Position numbers and translations under genes: made by a program. From positions 1 to 42,527 of the IMG/VR virus record IMGVR_UViG_3300027822_000298: 42,527 bases of DNA; one strand, written 5' to 3'. Position 1 is the stretch's first letter. Each line of letters begins with the position of its first letter. Below, in pieces: positions 1 to 8,718 of the stretch. The notes beneath the pieces are model-generated. The model was not told the origin of the DNA. It searched no databases and saw nothing but the letters and a program-made list of their open reading frames with translations. Source of the stretch: a virus (lineage: Duplodnaviria > Caudoviricetes).

Positions 1-474
1 AATTTTCCGAAAGAGATAAGAGACATACAAATAACACCCTTCTTGCTCTCCCACGACTCACCTTGCTACGGTTTTGATTTGACCTATAAAGATTTCAAGT
101 TGACCTACATACCTGATACCGGATGCATCTCTGAGGATGCCGCAAAAGCTCTGTTTAATCTTAAGGGTATAGAAAACCATGTCATAATTATTGAATGCAA
201 TTATGACCTAAAGATGCTCACTGAGGGACGATACGAATCAGGGCTAAAAGAACGCATTTTTTCTAATGAGGGGCATATGGATAATATTGAATCGGCCAGG
301 ATTTTAAAAGAAGTCTGGAATGACAAACTGCGGCTTGTGTTGCCATTCCATTTGTCTACGGAAAATAATAACCCTGATTTAGTCGAGTATGAAATCAGGA
401 AAGCTGTTGGACATGGGGTTGATGTAGTTTGCACAAATCAGGGAATACCTACTAAAGTTTTTTATTTTATATAG
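1..474 (+). CDS. MBL-fold metallo-hydrolase, YycJ/WalJ-like (5' truncated by window edge)
   Basis: Frame is open from base 1 (NFPKEIRDIQITPFLLSHD...). Motifs PFxxSHD, DTG, IECNYD, LKxRIxSxxGHxxN and HLSxENN match the C-terminal half of YycJ-type MBL nucleases. Confidence 0.85.
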   Translation, partial: NFPKEIRDIQITPFLLSHDSPCYGFDLTYKDFKLTYIPDTGCISEDAAKALFNLKGIENHVIIIECNYDLKMLTEGRYESGLKERIFSNEGHMDNIESARILKEVWNDKLRLVLPFHLSTENNNPDLVEYEIRKAVGHGVDVVCTNQGIPTKVFYFI

Positions 475-480
475 CCGTTT

Positions 481-2208
481 CTAAAAGGGTATGTCTGAAT
501 CGTCAAAATGGTCAAAATTAATTTCTTTAATTTTTGGCCATTTTTCATTATGATCAAGTAATATTTTTGTTGGTTTTGCTATATCACCACAATCAGAAGC
601 AACCATAAATTCGTCAATATTTTCTGGAAAAGGCGCATCTGTAAATTGTGCCCAAGTTGATTTTGCTTTTTCAACTGCATAACCTTCATAGAAATCAGGC
701 ATACAGAGCCAAACATTTACGAAAGGGTCTCCATATCCACTGTATATATCTTGAGCGCCAGCATCATAAAATAAAGATATCTTTCCAAGCTTATTCTTGT
801 TTTGTTTTGATATATGAATACTTGCTTTAATATCATATACGTCATGCCAAGTTGGAGGTATATCCGGAAAAAGCTTTTCTGGTTCTTTTTTTTGAAATAA
901 TATTTTTTTCAATTCTGGCATTTGTTTTGCAATAATTTTTTCATTTTCTTCAACAGTCCATTCGAAGCCACATTTAGGGCATATTCTAACAATAATATGA
1001 ACTTTTTCATCACATTCAGGACAATATTTTTCATTTTTCTTTTTGCCCTGCTCACTGGCTGTCTTGGGAATAATTACTTTCATATTATCAAGATCAGTAC
1101 CGAACTTTTTTGTGTTGGTCGTTAGGTCAACCAAAAGAGCTTTTTTTTTCCCTTCTGACGTCCGTAACACACGCCCTATTGCTTGTAAAAATAAACCTGT
1201 TGATTCGGTAGGTCTGACCATTATTAAGCAATCGAGTGGTGGAAAATCAAAACCTTCAACAAGAATATTAACACTTGTTATGATTCTTTTCCTTCCATTT
1301 TTCCATGCTGCCATATTTGCCGCGCGTTCAATTGCTGTTAATTTTGAATGAACAGTTGTTGCTTGATCTGGAAAAACTTCATTAATTGCATCTTTTAATC
1401 GTTCTGCATGGTCTATGGTACATGCAAACACGCAGATATGTTTATACTCCTCGGTATACTCTTTGATAGCTTGGACAGCAGTCCCTATGTGAATAGGTTT
1501 AGTCATAACCATGCCGAGCTGTTCAAGGGCATAATCTCCGTTCTTATCTACGCCTTCAAGATCAGTTATTAATTGATTTTCGAATGCTACTTGGCCTATC
1601 AAAGGCATAAGATAATTAGGTTTAGAATCCCGTAGTTCTGCATATGTTATTTTGTGATTGATTTTTGAAAATAAATTTATAGTCCCAGGTTTACATCTAT
1701 CGCCATAAATGTAACCCGAATTTAAACGGTGAGGCGTAGAAGTACATCCAAAAATCCGCATATTTGGTGTTTTAGCTCGTAACATGTCAATTACCTGATC
1801 ATATTGTGAGCCTGTGCCTATCTGGATTAAATGCGCCTCATCTATTATCAGTAAATCACAACCATAGTAAAAATCTACATGATTGATAAATGTTTGGATT
1901 GACCCAATAGTTACACGTTTATTTATCTCTTTCCTATTCAACGCCGCGCAACAAATGCTAATATTACTTGCAGGAATATTAGTTTGTTCTATAAATGTTT
2001 TATAGGTTTGTTGAATAAGTTCTTGCTTGTGCATTAATAATAAAAACTGTTTATTAGATATATTATAATATCTTTCTATTAATCTACAGAACATTAATGT
2101 TTTCCCGCAACCAACGATGCCATGTAGAAGTACGTTCTTTTGTGTTTTTAGATCATTGCTGATTACAGTCAATGCTTTTTTTTGATAAGGTCTTAAACTA
2201 AATGCCAT
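481..2208 (-). CDS. SF2 DEAH helicase, RadD/YejH-like, with Zn finger
   Basis: Q-motif LRPYQ, Walker A GCGKT, DEAH, motif V EGFDFP, motif VI QAIGRVLR, CPEC...CPKCG Zn ribbon. Start placed at MAFSL (2208) after a GGAG RBS. Confidence 0.9.
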   Translation of the reverse strand: MAFSLRPYQKKALTVISNDLKTQKNVLLHGIVGCGKTLMFCRLIERYYNISNKQFLLLMHKQELIQQTYKTFIEQTNIPASNISICCAALNRKEINKRVTIGSIQTFINHVDFYYGCDLLIIDEAHLIQIGTGSQYDQVIDMLRAKTPNMRIFGCTSTPHRLNSGYIYGDRCKPGTINLFSKINHKITYAELRDSKPNYLMPLIGQVAFENQLITDLEGVDKNGDYALEQLGMVMTKPIHIGTAVQAIKEYTEEYKHICVFACTIDHAERLKDAINEVFPDQATTVHSKLTAIERAANMAAWKNGRKRIITSVNILVEGFDFPPLDCLIMVRPTESTGLFLQAIGRVLRTSEGKKKALLVDLTTNTKKFGTDLDNMKVIIPKTASEQGKKKNEKYCPECDEKVHIIVRICPKCGFEWTVEENEKIIAKQMPELKKILFQKKEPEKLFPDIPPTWHDVYDIKASIHISKQNKNKLGKISLFYDAGAQDIYSGYGDPFVNVWLCMPDFYEGYAVEKAKSTWAQFTDAPFPENIDEFMVASDCGDIAKPTKILLDHNEKWPKIKEINFDHFDDSDIPF

Positions 2209-2227
2209 ACTTTTTTTTCTCCAAAAA

Positions 2228-2266
2228 TAAAACATGAGCAGTCATTCACGCACTGCTCATGTTTTA
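2228..2266 (-). terminator. Intrinsic terminator/attenuator between the SSB and helicase genes
   Basis: Perfect 15-bp inverted repeat TAAAACATGAGCAGT / ACTGCTCATGTTTTA with a 9-nt loop, followed by a T-run on the minus strand. Confidence 0.7.
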
Positions 2267-2277
2267 AAAAATTAAAC

Positions 2278-2790
2278 TTACCACGGCTCATCATCTGTTG
2301 CAGGTTGATTAGATGCTTCAGGTATAAAATTTGGCTGTTCAAGAGATGCTTCAGCCACAAAATCAGATGGCACAGGATTATAGGCTGTGATTTTGTTAAC
2401 ATTTTTTGTTTTGTCTTTGTAATAAGGCACCACCGTAACAGTTCCAAGAATCGGTTTACCAAATGTTTGTGTGCTGTCAGGTGGTGGAAAAGGAACGCCT
2501 GCAATTCGACATATTCGTTTATATTGCCCCTGGCCTATTTTTTCTGCTTCAGGATGATTTTTATTTTTAAGATTAATCCAATCCTTTAGAATTGTATCTG
2601 AATATTGCCCATCTACAATTTGCAATACCAATTCAATTCCCTTCCCATTGTTATCACTCGTGGCCCTGACGTCATCTTTAACAATGACAAATTTATATTT
2701 ACCTTTAGGGATTAATGTTATTCCTCCTGTACCGGTGCCATTGTCTTCTTGAACGTCTGCATCTAAATCCAAATCACTCAAATTACTCAT
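2278..2790 (-). CDS. DUF669-family phage single-stranded DNA-binding protein
   Basis: LIPKGKY...LVLQIVDGQY...WINL pattern, acidic tail ending DDEPW, and position directly downstream of a Sak4-like gene. Confidence 0.8.
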   Translation of the reverse strand: MSNLSDLDLDADVQEDNGTGTGGITLIPKGKYKFVIVKDDVRATSDNNGKGIELVLQIVDGQYSDTILKDWINLKNKNHPEAEKIGQGQYKRICRIAGVPFPPPDSTQTFGKPILGTVTVVPYYKDKTKNVNKITAYNPVPSDFVAEASLEQPNFIPEASNQPATDDEPW

Positions 2791-3544
2791 TTGTTTTTTC
2801 CTTTCCTTTTATAAGTTTTAAAAAATCGGTAAATCCAGTTCCTTCTGGAAATGGTATTTCGTAGGGAATTTTTTTATATCTACATTTAGCAGAAAAAGCA
2901 GGTCGTGGCTTCGTAAAAATTGCTCGCTCATCTGAACCCACAACTTTAGCTTTCAACGCGCCTTTTTCTTTTGTAACATATGCTTTATGGTTAAGAAAAA
3001 GAACAGCATCACAAAATTCTTCATATTTTTTTGCCGCTTTTTTGTGAAGTTTTATGATGTACTGATCCCAATTTTCTCCCTCTGGATTATTAAAAGTTTT
3101 AATTTCGTTATGAGCCAGAAGAATAATTGCCATTTTTCGTTCTCTACGTAATTTTGTCAAACCTCTTATCATTTTTTCATGATAATTCATGGCAAAATCA
3201 AAACCTTTTTGATATCCAATTTCAGATATATTATTGACTTCTTTTTCTTCGCATATTTTTTCCCAAACAAGAGCCTCAAACCAATCAAGAGTATCTATAA
3301 CACATGTTTTATAGCTATGTTCATCAGAAATAAGCATAGCCATAAACTTAAAAACATCATTGATTGAATGTGCAAGTGGGAACCGTGGGGCATCAATTTC
3401 ACTCAAACCATCTTCAGTTTGGATAAAAATAGGCGATGGTGAATTTGCGGCCCAGCTTGATTTCCCAAGACCGTGTTTTGAATGCAATAATATCCGAGGT
3501 GGTTCTTTTTTTGCATTTGTTGTAATTAAATCATTTAAACTCAT
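2783..3544 (-). CDS. Sak4-like (AAA_24) ssDNA-annealing ATPase
   Basis: PPRILLH..HGLGKS, IFIQTEDG, YKTCVIDTLDW, IILLAH, DAVLF, AFSAKCRY motifs. Confidence 0.85.
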   Translation of the reverse strand: MSLNDLITTNAKKEPPRILLHSKHGLGKSSWAANSPSPIFIQTEDGLSEIDAPRFPLAHSINDVFKFMAMLISDEHSYKTCVIDTLDWFEALVWEKICEEKEVNNISEIGYQKGFDFAMNYHEKMIRGLTKLRRERKMAIILLAHNEIKTFNNPEGENWDQYIIKLHKKAAKKYEEFCDAVLFLNHKAYVTKEKGALKAKVVGSDERAIFTKPRPAFSAKCRYKKIPYEIPFPEGTGFTDFLKLIKGKEKTNE

Positions 3545-3549
3545 TATTA

Positions 3550-3768
3550 TTACCCCCCATTAAATGATGAACAAACAATAGAATTTTCTGGTATTCCGAT
3601 ATCTGCTGTTCCAATAAAATCAACATCAACATTATCAGGCGAAGCCCAAGACTCTATTGATCCTGGGCTGATAAGCCGAGCAGCTTCCCGGGTTGCAGCA
3701 CAAACCACTGCGGAATCATACGTATCATAGTCATTGTTTACTGATTGTGAAATTAAGTATAAATTCAT
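3550..3768 (-). CDS. Conserved phage hypothetical protein (72 aa)
   Basis: Strong AGGAGG RBS. NLYLISQ..N.DYDTYDSAVVCA...SSFNGG is a recurrent small phage protein pattern. Confidence 0.7.
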   Translation of the reverse strand: MNLYLISQSVNNDYDTYDSAVVCAATREAARLISPGSIESWASPDNVDVDFIGTADIGIPENSIVCSSFNGG

Positions 3769-3857
3769 ATCATTTCCTCCTTTTAAACAATTAAAATTAA
3801 GTTTAAAAACCCTACCGACTTACGAAAGAATCAACTTTCTGCTCAAGTTTTGAATGG

Positions 3858-3925
3858 ATTATATGTCATAGAAAAACTAAATGCAACAATTATTTGTTGA
3901 CTATATAATTTTTTTTTAGTAGTTT
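3858..3925. promoter_or_regulatory. Divergent sigma70 promoters sharing a palindromic operator
   Basis: Minus strand TTGCAT(3886-3881)-N17-TATAAT(3863-3858). Plus strand TTGACT(3897-3902)-N17-TAGTTT(3920-3925). Palindrome CAACAA-ttat-TTGTTG (3884-3899) overlaps both -35 boxes. Confidence 0.65.
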
Positions 3926-3957
3926 TGTATCAAAATTAATTACAGGAGGTTACAAAA

Positions 3958-4155
3958 ATGAGAATCGACACACGAAGAATTAAGATCAGATTGGCTGAAT
4001 TAGAAATGAATCAATCTGATTTAGCTGTAAAGATGGGAGCGACAAGGGCAAATGTTTCGAGATATATTAGGGGTCAAATATCTACCTTCCGAACACTTGA
4101 GCGGTTGGCTAAATTTATTGATATTAATCCTATTGAATTGTTGATTGAGGATTAA
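3958..4155 (+). CDS. Cro/CI-type (XRE) HTH transcriptional regulator
   Basis: MNQSDLAVKMGATRANVSRYIRG HTH; AGGAGGT RBS. Confidence 0.9.
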   Translation: MRIDTRRIKIRLAELEMNQSDLAVKMGATRANVSRYIRGQISTFRTLERLAKFIDINPIELLIED

Positions 4156-4157
4156 TA

Positions 4158-6329
4158 ATGATAAACAGTGCGCTTGAACTTCTTGAATTAGGCTTATCTG
4201 TGGTTCCTCTGCAAAAAAATAAAAAAATACCACCTGCTGGATGTACGTGGAAGGAACAGCAGAAAGATTTACCCTCAGAAGATTTGATAGAAAAACGGTT
4301 TAAACAATATCCTGATAGCGATCTTGGAGTAATAACTGGTAAAGTTTCCGGAATCGTTGTTGTTGATAGTGATAGCGCTGAAGCCTGTGCCTGGATTGAA
4401 AAACAATTCCCTACAACATGGTTGACAGTTAGTAATAATGGCCGGGGTAAGCATTATTATTTTAAATACCCAAAACAGGGTTTTGTTGGTTCAAGTGGAA
4501 GTATTGTGTATGAGAATGTTGATATCAGGGGTGAAAAAGGTCTGATTGTAGTTCCTCCATCAGAACATAAGTCCGGGAATCTTTATCAATGGAATATTGC
4601 AGAAGGGTTCTCTCTTGAGAATCTTGAAGATTTGCCTGAATATCCTGCTAAATATATTGAGACAAAAAAAGAATATAAAGAAAAATTTGAAACTGAATAT
4701 GTTCCTGGTGAATTAAAAAATATTGCAGAACAGTGCGCCTGGATGCGACACTGTAGAGAAGACGCGGATAAAATAAGTTATGATGAATGGTTATGGATGT
4801 TATCTATTGTCAGCAGATGCAAAGATGGTAAAAAGAAATGTCACTGGTTATCTAAATTAAGCAGTAAATATAATTATAACTATACAGTTATAAAAATTAA
4901 TGAAGTATTAAAAAATATGGGTGCGGTATCCTGTCGAACTATATCAAAAAAATTTGAAGGCTGTTTTGAATGCAAAAATCTTATTAAAGCTAAAGGGTTT
5001 TCTCCTGTTATTTTATCTTCTGAAGATATAATAGAAGACGAAACACAACGGATTACAATAGAAGATATTAAAAGCCAAAAAATCAATAATCTTACATTGG
5101 AGATACCTGAAAAAATTTTATATCCAGGGGGGCTTATCTCAATAGGTATGAATGCACTTAATTCGTCTGAGTCTCCAAACATTCCGCAATATTCTTTTCC
5201 TATTGTTATTTCTATTATTTCACGAGCTTTGATGGGGAAAGTTACATACGGCGGAGTTTGGCCTAATTTCTATATGATCAAAGTAGGAGGAACATCAACA
5301 GGCAAAACAGATGCTGACAAAATAATGCGAAGAGCTATTTGCAGTGATCTTGATTTTGAATCTTTTTATGGCCCTGACGATTTTTCTTCTGGACCCGGAT
5401 TGTTGCGAGGTTTAGAAGAACAGCCTCAGACTTTAATTAATCTGGATGAAATATCATATTTATTCAAACGATTTGATAATCATGATCCAGTGACAGCCGG
5501 TAAAATAGAAATATTATTACAATTATTTACAAATGCAGGTTTAACATATAAAAAGCCATATGGTGATGCAAAAAAATCAATAATACTTAACCAGCCATGC
5601 TTATCTTTAATCGGCAATGCTACAACAAGCATATTTGATGATATACGTCCTGAAGATTTTATCAGCGGCTTAATCCAGCGCTTTACGTTTTGGTGTTACG
5701 ACGGGCCTATTCCTAGGCGTGAACCATATATAGGCGGATATAATGCAGATATGATAAAATTTTTAAATGAAATTAAAAAAATATATAAAGAGTTTGATAA
5801 ATCAGATAAAAAAAAAGAAAGTGTCTCTGATATCATTGGCGGCGCAATTGAAATGACTACTGAAAAAGACGCTTATAATCAATTATTAGAATTTTCAAAA
5901 CATATTACAGATTATGCGAACAAAGAAGATGATCAGGGTAAAGTTGGTATTATCAGCCGGAAATATTATGAAGCTATTAAATATGCTATGGTTTATTCTG
6001 CTGGTTCAGGTTATAAAATTACTGGCAAGGCTATTGATTATGGAATTATTATTGCAAATTTAGTCGGTGATTGGAAATTGAATATATTATCAAGCAAAGT
6101 CCGGGAGGGTATTTTTCATAGAGATTGTGAAATTTTTAAAGAGGGAATTATTGCGGTTTTAAAAATAGGAAAAAAACCGACTGGTAAATTAATTGCAAAT
6201 CGCAGACCTCGTATAAAAGAATTAAAACCGCATGAATTTAAAAATGTAACAACTGCTTTAGCTGCTCGAAAAGAAATCGAAATTGATGACTCCGGGCAAA
6301 GTACAAAGTATTTTTTATTAAAAGACTAA
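4158..6329 (+). CDS. Bifunctional primase/polymerase (Prim-Pol) fused to a Cys-rich domain and a DUF3987-like P-loop helicase
   Basis: N-terminal GLSVVPL..K.PP, GIVVVDSD, GKHYYF, DIRGEKGLIVVPPSEH. C-terminal GGTSTGKT, SSGPGL, LDEI, SGLIQRF. Confidence 0.88.
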   Translation: MINSALELLELGLSVVPLQKNKKIPPAGCTWKEQQKDLPSEDLIEKRFKQYPDSDLGVITGKVSGIVVVDSDSAEACAWIEKQFPTTWLTVSNNGRGKHYYFKYPKQGFVGSSGSIVYENVDIRGEKGLIVVPPSEHKSGNLYQWNIAEGFSLENLEDLPEYPAKYIETKKEYKEKFETEYVPGELKNIAEQCAWMRHCREDADKISYDEWLWMLSIVSRCKDGKKKCHWLSKLSSKYNYNYTVIKINEVLKNMGAVSCRTISKKFEGCFECKNLIKAKGFSPVILSSEDIIEDETQRITIEDIKSQKINNLTLEIPEKILYPGGLISIGMNALNSSESPNIPQYSFPIVISIISRALMGKVTYGGVWPNFYMIKVGGTSTGKTDADKIMRRAICSDLDFESFYGPDDFSSGPGLLRGLEEQPQTLINLDEISYLFKRFDNHDPVTAGKIEILLQLFTNAGLTYKKPYGDAKKSIILNQPCLSLIGNATTSIFDDIRPEDFISGLIQRFTFWCYDGPIPRREPYIGGYNADMIKFLNEIKKIYKEFDKSDKKKESVSDIIGGAIEMTTEKDAYNQLLEFSKHITDYANKEDDQGKVGIISRKYYEAIKYAMVYSAGSGYKITGKAIDYGIIIANLVGDWKLNILSSKVREGIFHRDCEIFKEGIIAVLKIGKKPTGKLIANRRPRIKELKPHEFKNVTTALAARKEIEIDDSGQSTKYFLLKD

Positions 6330-6410
6330 AATAATACTTGTATTTTTTTTTAATTTATATGTAGAGTATTCCCACCATGCAAACATTATTTCTCACATCT
6401 TCAAATACCT

Positions 6411-6660
6411 CAAAGTACAAAAAGTACAAAAAAAGTACAGAGCTCTCTGTACCTCTAAACGCCCATTTTTCCCGGCACTCACGAAGAAAGTACAGAATAA
6501 CAACGACTTCATAGAGAATAAATAATCTTATATGGGGTGTAACTGGACTGTAATTCTGTAACAAATATTGTTATTATATATAATATATTATTATTATTAT
6601 AAAAAATGATTATAAAAAGTTACAAAACTCTCTGTACTTTTTCTGTACCTTCTGTACCTT
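6411..6660. repeat. Putative replication origin: inverted arrays of AAAGTACA(G) iteron-like repeats around an AT-rich core
   Basis: Three AAAGTACA at 6412-6440, palindrome GTACAGAG-ct-CTCTGTAC (6435-6452), one more copy near 6488, three inverted TCTGTAC at 6631-6657. Very AT-rich 6565-6615. Lies right after the primase-helicase gene. Confidence 0.6.
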
Positions 6661-6825
6661 TTTATTTTTAGTATATTTTCACATTTTTAACCTATTGATA
6701 TAATTTATTTTTTTTTGTTTAAAATTATAGTCCGGTGAAATCATTAGGTTTTTTAATTTGATGATAATCCTTGCAATATTAATTTTATAGTTATATAAAT
6801 AATAAACTTTAAACAGGAGATAGTG

Positions 6826-6981
6826 ATGAAAAAAATTAATTGGTTAATTCAAATTGATGAAAAGTTAAAAAAGGAAATTAAAAGCTTGTGCGCCCTGCGT
6901 GGTGTTAAATTAAGTAATGCTGTAGAAGGAGCTTTACACGACTGGTTAAAACGGCAAAAAAACAAGCAAGGCGGGGTATAG
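6826..6981 (+). CDS. Ribbon-helix-helix (ParG/CopG-like) DNA-binding protein, 51 aa; not in ORF track
   Basis: MKKINWLIQIDEKLKKEIKSLCALRGVKLSNAVEGALHDWLKR: beta-strand, helix, G, helix. AGGAGA RBS. Confidence 0.75.
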   Translation: MKKINWLIQIDEKLKKEIKSLCALRGVKLSNAVEGALHDWLKRQKNKQGGV

Positions 6982-7053
6982 GTTGGGCGATCTTTTTTTT
7001 TGAAGGTCAGTATAAGCGTAAATTATTTTAATTGATTTTAGGGGGGTATAAGG

Positions 7054-7368
7054 TTGAATAAAAAAATAAAAAACGATATTGGCGATACGATAGTTGAGTT
7101 GAGTCAAAAATTTGATAACGAGCTTATGCAGGATACAAAAGAGGAGCTCGAACGGCATTGGCATTTTGAGTGGCAGGATATTGATACTTTAGAGGAAAAT
7201 ATTTATAATTTTTATAAAATGTTGAAACTTTACGGCAATTTTTGTCGCAGGTGGGAAGAGAATAAAAACGGGTCAACGTGTGTGGTGGAGCGTGTGAGGG
7301 ATGAATATTTATCCCCCAAAATTATTGAGTTTGCGAACCAGATAAGAATGAGGGCAATGTGGATATAA
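7054..7368 (+). CDS. Hypothetical protein
   Basis: 104-aa ORF, TTG start after a G-rich RBS, co-oriented with its neighbours. Confidence 0.65.
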   Translation: MNKKIKNDIGDTIVELSQKFDNELMQDTKEELERHWHFEWQDIDTLEENIYNFYKMLKLYGNFCRRWEENKNGSTCVVERVRDEYLSPKIIEFANQIRMRAMWI

Positions 7369-7370
7369 AT

Positions 7371-7499
7371 ATGGGAAAAGGTTTAGCTTCAATAGGTGTG
7401 TGTTGTTTAGGTGCAGTTGCTATGTATCTTCTGGATGACTTTAAACATATAGGATTAATATTACCCATCATAGGAGTTGTTTTAATCTGGGTTTCATAA
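7371..7499 (+). CDS. Small two-TM membrane protein (42 aa); not in ORF track
   Basis: MGKGLASIGVCCLGAVAMYLLDDFKHIGLILPIIGVVLIWVS fills the gap between two genes exactly. Confidence 0.55.
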   Translation: MGKGLASIGVCCLGAVAMYLLDDFKHIGLILPIIGVVLIWVS

Positions 7500-7520
7500 T
7501 GTAGGAGAAAGGGAGGGTTA

Positions 7521-7898
7521 ATGATGAATTTTATAGAAATTGCAGCAAGGGGAAAATTAAAACAAGTCCCAGAGTGGAGTATATACCGGTGGGAGAGAAT
7601 TAATAATGATTTTATTGTAGAGGGGGCGGTTGATGGCTTTTTTGAAGCCACTGGGGGCAATGGAGATTCGGTATTAAGCAAACCTCCCTTAGAGAAATGT
7701 GTTGTCACGAAGCAGGAAGTTGATAAAGAGAAAATAAAGTTTGAGAAAAAAAGTGGGTTGTGTTCTGAATGTATTGGCCAGGGGCAGGTACTTGCAGGGT
7801 GGGACAATAAAATAGGAAACACGTATAAGGCTTGTCTAAAGTGTTGTGGGACAGGTTTTGCGGTAAAAGAAAAGGATAAAACCATGGGAGAAAAATAG
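7521..7898 (+). CDS. Hypothetical protein with DnaJ-type Zn-finger repeats
   Basis: CSECIGQG and CLKCCGTG (CxxCxGxG twice); GGAGG RBS. Confidence 0.75.
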   Translation: MMNFIEIAARGKLKQVPEWSIYRWERINNDFIVEGAVDGFFEATGGNGDSVLSKPPLEKCVVTKQEVDKEKIKFEKKSGLCSECIGQGQVLAGWDNKIGNTYKACLKCCGTGFAVKEKDKTMGEK

Positions 7899-8219
7899 AT
7901 ATTTGAAAATAGTCCAGAGGCTGCGGAATATAAGGAAAATATAAAAGGCTGGGTATCCCGGACTGGCCGATTCTGGGGTGAAGATGAGCATATAGCCAGG
8001 TGGGAAGGTTCCACTCATATTAAAGTTATGGATTTTATAATTTGCGATCAAATGGAATGGCGCGAATTAGAAGAAGATTTTTTTGAAGATTCTTTGCCGG
8101 AAGATGTCGAAAACGAAGAATTGCTTGAACTCATAAAAGATTTTAATTTGCAATTAATGGAAATCCCGACAAATTGTTGGGCGCCTGGAATGTATCGGGC
8201 GATTCTGAAGGAGGGATAA
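7884..8219 (+). pseudogene. Probably disrupted phage hypothetical gene (in-frame TAG at codon 5); 8028..8219 is its 3' part
   Basis: AAGGA RBS and ATG at 7884, MGEK*, then an open frame IFENSPEAAEYKENIKGWVSRTGRFWGEDEHIARWEGSTH running into the 8028 ORF. Confidence 0.5.
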
Positions 8220-8220
8220 T

Positions 8221-8718
8221 ATGCTAACAGAAAAAGAACAAGAAAAGCTGGATGATTTCTTCCGTGATGGTGCAGAGGATATCGAAATAGAGCCTGAGTA
8301 TTGGGTGCATGGAGAGTATGAAGGACAGTCTTTTTGTTACGACTGTTGTATGAAGAAGGTTGCGTGGTTTCAGGCAGGAGACCTTGAAAATGCAGATGAA
8401 TATTGTATTGATGGAGGATGTGGGAATAGCGAGGGTGATTCAATTCCTTATTGTGAAACCTGTGGGAAATTATTAGGGAATACGTTGACGGATTATGGAT
8501 GTGAAGAGGAAGTCAATAATTTTTTAGAGTGTGGCTTTAGGATCAAAAGCCCGGAAGACTGCTATGCTATGGAGAGGGTGATTGGTAGTCGTGGCTGGGA
8601 GATATGGGAGGAAAGGACATATAGAAATAAAGATGACAAGGAAAGGGATATTAAATATTACGAAAAGCTTGAAATATTATGCAAGAGGATTTTAAATGAT
8701 ATTGAAAAAAATGGATAA
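8221..8718 (+). CDS. Acidic Cys-rich hypothetical protein
   Basis: CYDCC and CETCG motifs; GGAGG RBS. Confidence 0.75.
   Translation: MLTEKEQEKLDDFFRDGAEDIEIEPEYWVHGEYEGQSFCYDCCMKKVAWFQAGDLENADEYCIDGGCGNSEGDSIPYCETCGKLLGNTLTDYGCEEEVNNFLECGFRIKSPEDCYAMERVIGSRGWEIWEERTYRNKDDKERDIKYYEKLEILCKRILNDIEKNG

Noticed and set aside
6355-6564. 69-aa minus-strand ORF
   Set aside because: It runs through the origin-like repeat region, has no clear RBS and is antisense to the local transcription direction.
6411-6660. CRISPR array
   Set aside because: The repeats are 8-10 bp, adjacent or inverted, with no unique 30-40 bp spacers.
7896-7898. Genome-wide TAG reassignment (alternative genetic code)
   Set aside because: TAG ends several well-bounded genes (474, 6981, 14483, 17080, 32304) and the long genes are intact in code 11. 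Only one in-frame TAG was seen.
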